Origin: a virus
Reading direction: 5' to 3' (one strand)
IMG/VR virus record: IMGVR_UViG_3300025435_001056
Location: 1 to 64,000 of that record
Length of the DNA stretch: 64,000 nt
The translations under genes were made by a program, and so were the position numbers. Position 1 is the stretch's first letter, and each line of letters begins with the position of its first letter. Shown piece by piece: positions 56,477 to 64,000 of the stretch. The notes beneath the pieces were generated by a model that worked only from the letters and a program-made list of their open reading frames with translations, had not been told where the DNA came from and searched no databases.

Positions 56477-58399
56477 ATGCTATTTGCTTATTTTATCCTG
56501 GCTGTTGCGCTACTGATCGAAACAGTTGGTGCTTACTACAGTATCACTGGTCTGGCCGCAATTTTTTCGGGTGCGGTTATCCCAATCATGATCATGGGCG
56601 GTAGTTTAGAGTTAGGTAAGATTACCGCCGCAGTCTGGTTAAAGAACAACTGGAATCGTGCCGGTGCTACCTACAAGATGTATCTCCTGCCCGCAGTGGC
56701 CATGCTGATGTTGATCACCTCAATGGGTATTTTTGGCTACTTGAGCAAAGCTCACAATGATCAGAACTTAGTAAGTGGCGACATTCAATCAAAAATATTG
56801 ATTTATGATGAAAAAATTAAAACTTCTCGCGATAACATTGAAGCTGATCGTAAACAACTGCGCCAGATGGATGAAGCAGTAGACCAGATTATGTCACGCT
56901 CGACTACCGAAGGTGGCGCCGACAAGGCCAATGCTGTGCGCAAGAGCCAGTCAAAAGACCGTAGCGCACTGGCCCGAGACATTGAATACAACCAGAAACA
57001 GATTGCCACTCTTAACGATCAAGCCGCACCCATCCGTGCCGAGAATCGCAAGGTTGAAGCCGAAGTAGGTCCAATTAAATATATTGCCAAACTGATTTAC
57101 AGTGACAATCCTGATGCCAACATATTAGAAAAAGCAGTGACCTGGGTGATCATGATCATTGTGGCTGTATTTGATCCTTTGGCACTTGTCTTGATTTTAG
57201 CGGCACAGCAGAGCATACGTTGGGCACGAGGAAAAGATCAGGATAAACCAGAAGAGTCAGTAGAATCATGGTTCGAGCGTATTCAAAAACGTGCTCGTTT
57301 TTGGAATCAACAAAAAAAACTCGATACTAAAGAAGAGATAGATGAAACTCAATACTACATTGGCAATTTAGAGGATGCAGAACCAGTGGTAGATCAACTT
57401 GTCGACATATCCCCGGAAGATTATTATTGTGCCATGGGTCTGTTTGATCGACACTACTATCAAGATCCTGGAATTAATGATTCTCTTACTAAAAATGTTG
57501 CTGACCATGCGCCCGATGATGGTCTGCTAACCAAAGATCAAATTGCTCAAATTCGTAAAATATCCAATAATGATTTACCGACAGGTCAAATTATTGCCAA
57601 GGAATTGATATTTACAGACCTTAGAGAACAGAATTCAGAACTGCCTACTTTTACCACTATTTTGGATAACAATACGGTACAACTATCAAAGGAAGATCCA
57701 CGGACGCTTGCAGAGTCTACTCTGGAAGAAGACGAAGCCTTTGATGAATTGACTAAAAAACAAGAAATCAATACTCAGTCACAACCTTCTGGTTGGATGT
57801 TTACCGAAATGCCACATCCTACATCCATAGTTGAATCAACAACAGATCCCTTAGCACATATTGAAATACCTGAAATACATCCTGACGATCATCTACAGCG
57901 ATTGGCTAAAAATTTATTCATGTCGGGCAATGCCGATCAGGATGAACGAGTATTTCATGCACAACATCAAGCTGGTGAAATTGATCAACTGCCATGGCTC
58001 ACTGAAGAACATATCAACAACATGCCAATCAGTGATGGAGAGCGCAAGCATTTAACCGATAGATTTGTCAAAACTGCAATACCCGTACCTGAATTGGGTC
58101 TGGAACCTGACAACGTAATGGCTCGACTTGCTGGCGAAGTGCGTGGGTTTGGCATACAGTTTCCAACCAACGTCAAAAAGGGCGATATGTTTTTACGAGT
58201 GGATCGCTTACCCAGCATATTATACAAATACAACGGCGTCAACTGGATCGAAGTGGACAAATCTCTTACCGACAACCACGCCTACGACGAGGCCTATATT
58301 GACCATTTGATTGCCAAAATTGATTCAGGGGAGTATGATCCTGAGCTATTAAGCGACGCCGAGCGTGACAGCATTGAACGACGATTACAACAACTATGA
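56477..58399 (+). CDS. membrane protein with coiled coil and acidic tail
   Basis: Several TM helices, LELGK, GYLSKAH, VGPIKY, VFDPLA. Confidence 0.75.
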   Translation: MLFAYFILAVALLIETVGAYYSITGLAAIFSGAVIPIMIMGGSLELGKITAAVWLKNNWNRAGATYKMYLLPAVAMLMLITSMGIFGYLSKAHNDQNLVSGDIQSKILIYDEKIKTSRDNIEADRKQLRQMDEAVDQIMSRSTTEGGADKANAVRKSQSKDRSALARDIEYNQKQIATLNDQAAPIRAENRKVEAEVGPIKYIAKLIYSDNPDANILEKAVTWVIMIIVAVFDPLALVLILAAQQSIRWARGKDQDKPEESVESWFERIQKRARFWNQQKKLDTKEEIDETQYYIGNLEDAEPVVDQLVDISPEDYYCAMGLFDRHYYQDPGINDSLTKNVADHAPDDGLLTKDQIAQIRKISNNDLPTGQIIAKELIFTDLREQNSELPTFTTILDNNTVQLSKEDPRTLAESTLEEDEAFDELTKKQEINTQSQPSGWMFTEMPHPTSIVESTTDPLAHIEIPEIHPDDHLQRLAKNLFMSGNADQDERVFHAQHQAGEIDQLPWLTEEHINNMPISDGERKHLTDRFVKTAIPVPELGLEPDNVMARLAGEVRGFGIQFPTNVKKGDMFLRVDRLPSILYKYNGVNWIEVDKSLTDNHAYDEAYIDHLIAKIDSGEYDPELLSDAERDSIERRLQQL

Positions 58400-59598
58400 C
58401 CAATACTTTAGTTCATTGTAGTTTTTGTGTCAAACACAAAGACCAGGTGGGTAAATTAATTGTAAGCCAGGACGTAGCTATCTGTAGCGAATGTGTCGAA
58501 CTTTGCAACAATCTACTCAAAGACAATCGCAAGCCCGTACTTAAATCTAGATCTGATCCATCTGTTCCGGATCCCTTGGCAATAAAACAATATCTTGATC
58601 AATATGTGGTAGGTCAAGATCAGGCCAAAATAGTGCTTAGTGTTGCAGTAACCAATCATTTTAAACGCATTATTCGTGGCGGCACTGACCTACAAAAAAG
58701 TAATGTACTCATGATTGGGCCAACTGGTACCGGAAAAACACTCATGGCTAGCACTGTGGCTCGTTACTTAGATGTGCCATTTGTGATCGCTGATGCTACC
58801 ACATTAACCGAAGCTGGCTATGTAGGCGATGACGTGGAAAGTTTAATTACTAGATTGTACACTGCTGCTGATAGTAACATTGAACGATGTCAACGCGGTA
58901 TTGTGTTTCTGGATGAAATTGACAAGATATCCAGAAAAAGCGAAAGTGCCACAGTAACCAAGGATGTATCGGGCGAAGGAGTACAACAGGCTCTGCTCAA
59001 ATTAGTAGAAGGTACACGATGCCGCATTTCAACACAGGGATCAAAAAAAACCAGCTCAGCTGACACTGTGGAAATTGACACTACCAATATCTTGTTTGTA
59101 GCCAGCGGCGCATTTGTAGGCTTGGACCAAATTGTACAAAAAAGAAAACAAGGTACATCTATTGGATTTAATTCTGGCATAGCCAATAACAAAAATGACA
59201 ATCTTACCGAAGTAGTACCGGATGACCTGGTCAGTTACGGTATGATTCCTGAATTTGTAGGACGCTTTGGCGGATATGTAAGCCTACATGGGCTGGACAA
59301 AATGCAACTGATTAGTATTTTGACTCAGGTTAAAAACAATTTTGTAGCCCAGTATCAATGGTTGTTTGATCAAGATGGTGTAAGTTTAGAATTTGATGCA
59401 GAAAGCTTGGATCTTATAGCCGAGCGTACACTTGAGACTCGTACTGGTGCACGAGGTTTGCACAGCGAATTAGAACGCATCCTGTTACCACACATGTTTG
59501 ATCTGCCACGATATAATCGGCAAAATATACTGAAAATTATAATCAACAAGACCCAGGTAAATACTCCTATGACACTACTATTACAGGAAAATTTGTGA
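58396..59598 (+). CDS. clpX: ClpX unfoldase
   Basis: CSFC..CSEC Zn domain, [21 protein letters not shown] loop, GARGL. Confidence 0.95.
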   Translation: MTNTLVHCSFCVKHKDQVGKLIVSQDVAICSECVELCNNLLKDNRKPVLKSRSDPSVPDPLAIKQYLDQYVVGQDQAKIVLSVAVTNHFKRIIRGGTDLQKSNVLMIGPTGTGKTLMASTVARYLDVPFVIADATTLTEAGYVGDDVESLITRLYTAADSNIERCQRGIVFLDEIDKISRKSESATVTKDVSGEGVQQALLKLVEGTRCRISTQGSKKTSSADTVEIDTTNILFVASGAFVGLDQIVQKRKQGTSIGFNSGIANNKNDNLTEVVPDDLVSYGMIPEFVGRFGGYVSLHGLDKMQLISILTQVKNNFVAQYQWLFDQDGVSLEFDAESLDLIAERTLETRTGARGLHSELERILLPHMFDLPRYNRQNILKIIINKTQVNTPMTLLLQENL

Positions 59599-59816
59599 AG
59601 CACTACGGCAAAAAGGTACTGGTCACTGACGGCAATGTAGAAAAAGCTCTGCGCAAATTCAAGAAAAAAGTCTTGGAATCTGGCCTGTTGGATGATCTCC
59701 GCGCCAGAGAAACCTACGAAAAACCCACCACCGAACGCAAACGCAAAAAAGGTGCTGCTCGTGCCCGTTGGCGCAAACAACTCCGTAGTCAACAGCTTCC
59801 AAAAAAACTTTACTAA
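59595..59816 (+). CDS. rpsU: ribosomal protein bS21
   Basis: [25 protein letters not shown]. Confidence 0.92.
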   Translation: MKHYGKKVLVTDGNVEKALRKFKKKVLESGLLDDLRARETYEKPTTERKRKKGAARARWRKQLRSQQLPKKLY

Positions 59817-60040
59817 TGTATCTTGAGTTTCAACTGCCAACCGATGGCGGGTATGATGCCACTCTGGCAGCATATAAAATAGCCATATCTCGCTGGGCAA
59901 CAACACAAGGGATTAATTACGTAGATAAAAATATCAAATACAAGTATCGTATTACTTTTAATCAAGATCAACACTATACTATTTTTACTTTAACCTGGAA
60001 TGGTCAATTTGAATATAAAATAATTGACAACAAGTGGTAA
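59816..60040 (+). CDS. hypothetical protein
   Basis: TAATG coupling; AT-rich. Confidence 0.65.
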   Translation: MYLEFQLPTDGGYDATLAAYKIAISRWATTQGINYVDKNIKYKYRITFNQDQHYTIFTLTWNGQFEYKIIDNKW

Positions 60041-60054
60041 AAGTGTTATAAATA
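60024..60054 (+). promoter_or_regulatory. dual sigma70 / late promoter
   Basis: TTGACA-17-TATAAA overlapping TATAAATA. Confidence 0.75.
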
Positions 60055-60057
60055 TAC

Positions 60058-60118
60058 AAGTAGATGCCCAGGTGGGGTCTACTTTATTACTTGCTTATTT
60101 TTAAGGAGAAATTACATG
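60058..60118 (+). promoter_or_regulatory. ROSE-like two-hairpin RNA leader (orphan copy)
   Basis: CUU-G-CUUA/UAAGGAG SD-masking hairpin with bulged G, preceded by a GAU-G-CC/GG-GUC hairpin. Confidence 0.7.
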
Positions 60119-60183
60119 TCAAAGCAAATCTATCTGACCTAGCGTCACACTCCCAAAAATTTATTCAATTAACAACATAGTTG

Positions 60184-60212
60184 TTGACACATTCCTCTGT
60201 TTGTGTTATACT
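60184..60212 (+). promoter_or_regulatory. sigma70 promoter of groES-groEL
   Basis: TTGACA-17-TATACT. Confidence 0.8.
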
Positions 60213-60255
60213 CTATTGTTGTAGCATTATCATTTTACATTTAAAAGGAGTTGTA

Positions 60256-62191
<1,936 letters not shown>

Positions 62192-62221
62192 TTGATAGAT
62201 TAAACAAATCTATTATAAATA

Positions 62222-62289
62222 ATAGTGTGGATGCCGATGGTCGGGTCCACACTATGTCACTTCGTTTATTTTAAAGGAGAAAAACTATG
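62222..62289 (+). promoter_or_regulatory. ROSE-like two-hairpin RNA leader of hsp20
   Basis: After TATAAATA 62214-62221; CUUC-G-UUUA/UAAAGGAG masks the SD. Confidence 0.75.
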
Positions 62290-62727
62290 ACAAGACTTAC
62301 AACTATGGATCTCAATCCATTCTATCGCAATTCTGTTGGCATAGATCGATTATTTGATCGTTTGATGCACCAAGTAGACACTGCCAGCTCAACTAACTAT
62401 CCGCCTTATAACATCTTAAAAACTGGAGACAACAGTTATAAGATTGAAATTGCTGTGGCTGGATTTACACAAGGTGAAGTTACCGTCAGTGTAAACGAAG
62501 GCAACTTAGTGGTCACTGGAGAAAAAGCCGACACTGCATTACCTCAAAGTGTTACCTACGAACATCAAGGTATTAGTGCCCGTCGTTTCCTGCGCTCATT
62601 TACCTTGGCCGACTATGTGGAAGTAACCGATGCTGTCAGCCGAGATGGTATTTTAACTATCACTCTTGAGCGCCAGCTTCCTGAAGCAATGAAGCCTAAA
62701 ACCATTGCGATCTCATATGAATCGTAA
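62287..62727 (+). CDS. small heat shock protein (IbpA-like Hsp20)
   Basis: NYPPYNI, IAVAGF, HQGISARRF..FTLA, DGIL. Confidence 0.95.
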   Translation: MTRLTTMDLNPFYRNSVGIDRLFDRLMHQVDTASSTNYPPYNILKTGDNSYKIEIAVAGFTQGEVTVSVNEGNLVVTGEKADTALPQSVTYEHQGISARRFLRSFTLADYVEVTDAVSRDGILTITLERQLPEAMKPKTIAISYES

Positions 62728-62783
62728 TACAATAGTGTAAATACAGTGGAGGGCATACAGCTCTCCACTATAATAAAGGATAA

Positions 62784-63095
62784 ATGATGCCGAACGCCGG
62801 AACAGTTGCACAAGTAAAAATCAATCACGAGCTCAAAGAGCCTCCTATGTTCAAGATCATCTATTTAAATGACAACCAAACTACCATGGAATTTGTAATT
62901 GAAACCTTGTTGAGCTTTTTTGATTACACCGCAGACACCGCTTTAAAAATTACTCAAGACATACACGAAGCCGGTTCGGCTGTGGTAGCGGTACTACCTT
63001 ATGAAGTTGCTGAGCAAAAAGGTATCGAAGTTACAGTACATGCTAGATCAAATAATTATCCGTTACAGATCAAATTAGAACCTGAGACAGTCTAA
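62784..63095 (+). CDS. clpS: N-end rule adaptor ClpS
   Basis: LNDNQTTMEFV, IHEAG, YEVAEQK, YPL. Confidence 0.9.
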   Translation: MMPNAGTVAQVKINHELKEPPMFKIIYLNDNQTTMEFVIETLLSFFDYTADTALKITQDIHEAGSAVVAVLPYEVAEQKGIEVTVHARSNNYPLQIKLEPETV

Positions 63096-63883
63096 AACTT
63101 AATCTCTATTCGTTTAGGGTAGTAGGCAGATTGACAATATTCGGTGTCGCCGCGACCACGACAGTTGTTAACATATCGAACGCCAGCGAAATTTCTGTCA
63201 ACTGATCGATGATAGTGTCCAAAACACCAGACTTTGATTTTACATTCGGTATCTTCTTTTAAAGCCTGTTCGAGGTGACGATTACCCATGCAGTTAAATC
63301 TCCAGGTTCCAATTAAATCTATGTCATGGTCAATGATCCATGGTGCTGGTACTGTGTGACTGATTACCACAATAGCTCGAACTTCGGCATGTGTCTGTAA
63401 TTGGTATACACTATTGATCATGTAAGCAGCATCATGGTAGGCCACACCGTTTATCCCCATAGCTTCATTATGTGTGATACCGTAACGATTTCGATACCAC
63501 TCGATTGATTGCTCCAGATCTAATGAGGAATCAAAATCATAGCACCACCAACCATTGGTGGCCAAAAAAGCCACGCCGTTTACAATAACTACATGGTCCT
63601 GCAGGTAAATCACATTAGGAATATTAGAAATTTCTTGAGTTAACTCTTGATAACTAGCACCTAGATCGGTAAGAAAACAACGGTGTTCGTCATTACCATC
63701 AATGTAAAATACGCCACCAGGATAGCACGTACCTAAATGTGTTAAGGTATCGATCAATTGAGACCGATCCTGAGCTATATCACCGGCTATCACACAATAT
63801 GGGCTGGTAGCCTGGTCGGTCCAGTCAAAGGTGTCCCAGGTATCGACGTGTAGATCGGAAATTAAATCAAAGGCAAAAGTCAT
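63092..63883 (-). CDS. calcineurin-like metallophosphoesterase
   Basis: SDLH, AGD, GNDE, SHTVP, FGHYH. Confidence 0.85.
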   Translation of the reverse strand: MTFAFDLISDLHVDTWDTFDWTDQATSPYCVIAGDIAQDRSQLIDTLTHLGTCYPGGVFYIDGNDEHRCFLTDLGASYQELTQEISNIPNVIYLQDHVVIVNGVAFLATNGWWCYDFDSSLDLEQSIEWYRNRYGITHNEAMGINGVAYHDAAYMINSVYQLQTHAEVRAIVVISHTVPAPWIIDHDIDLIGTWRFNCMGNRHLEQALKEDTECKIKVWCFGHYHRSVDRNFAGVRYVNNCRGRGDTEYCQSAYYPKRIEIKF

Positions 63884-63909
63884 GATAACTATTTACAGGA
63901 GGCAACACA

Positions 63910-64000
63910 ATGCATATTATTTTTGGTAAACTACCCGAGCTGGAAGAAAAATATACTGTATTAGAATTAGATACTATTAGAATTGGACCAGAAGGGCCCA
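63910..64000 (+). CDS. hypothetical protein, 5' end (runs off the window)
   Basis: AGGAGG SD; MHIIFGKLPELEEKYTVLELDT. Confidence 0.65.
   Translation, partial: MHIIFGKLPELEEKYTVLELDTIRIGPEGP

Noticed and set aside
22299-60255. Longest-ORF starts at 22299, 23859, 24884, 34083, 39295, 47055, 51998, 56426, 60181
   Set aside because: They run through promoters or upstream genes; downstream starts fit SD, promoter or coupling signals better
60231-60255. RNA thermometer at groES
   Set aside because: The weak AU stem does not cover GGAG

Overview
This window is a segment of a large lytic T4-like (distant Tevenvirinae-type) dsDNA phage genome. It uses the standard code and almost all genes are on the + strand. 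The host-derived genes (groEL, iscU, iscA) look proteobacterial, possibly betaproteobacterial (inference). Core content: head/packaging genes (TnsA/gp4-like nuclease, terminase large subunit, putative internal head proteins), recombination/replication genes (gp32 SSB, UvsX, UvsY, UvsW, gp62-like, primase, DnaB helicase, exonuclease, ATP-dependent ligase), nrdA/nrdB/glutaredoxin, baseplate/PAAR/cell-wall hydrolase, Fe-S genes (iscU, iscA, CDGSH-like) and a proteostasis/translation cluster (clpX, rpsU/bS21, groES, groEL, hsp20, clpS). AT-rich cargo sits between core genes: 4 radical SAM genes, sulfotransferase/glycosyltransferase-like genes, an SGNH-like gene, 3 free-standing homing endonucleases and 1 remnant. 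Best leads: (1) radical SAM cassettes flanked by duplicated core-gene junctions; (2) two covarying ROSE-like two-hairpin RNA leaders, one of them orphaned; (3) a 3'-UTR anti-SD element complementary to early-gene RBSs; (4) a 192-aa minimal DnaE-like catalytic core; (5) an NTase/ligase-like fusion and capsid-targeted polyproteins; (6) pervasive leaderless gene starts alongside a phage bS21; (7) divergent late promoters spaced exactly 26 bp apart at two loci. No tRNA, rRNA, CRISPR array, intron or reverse transcriptase was seen. All calls come from motif reading by eye, not database searches.
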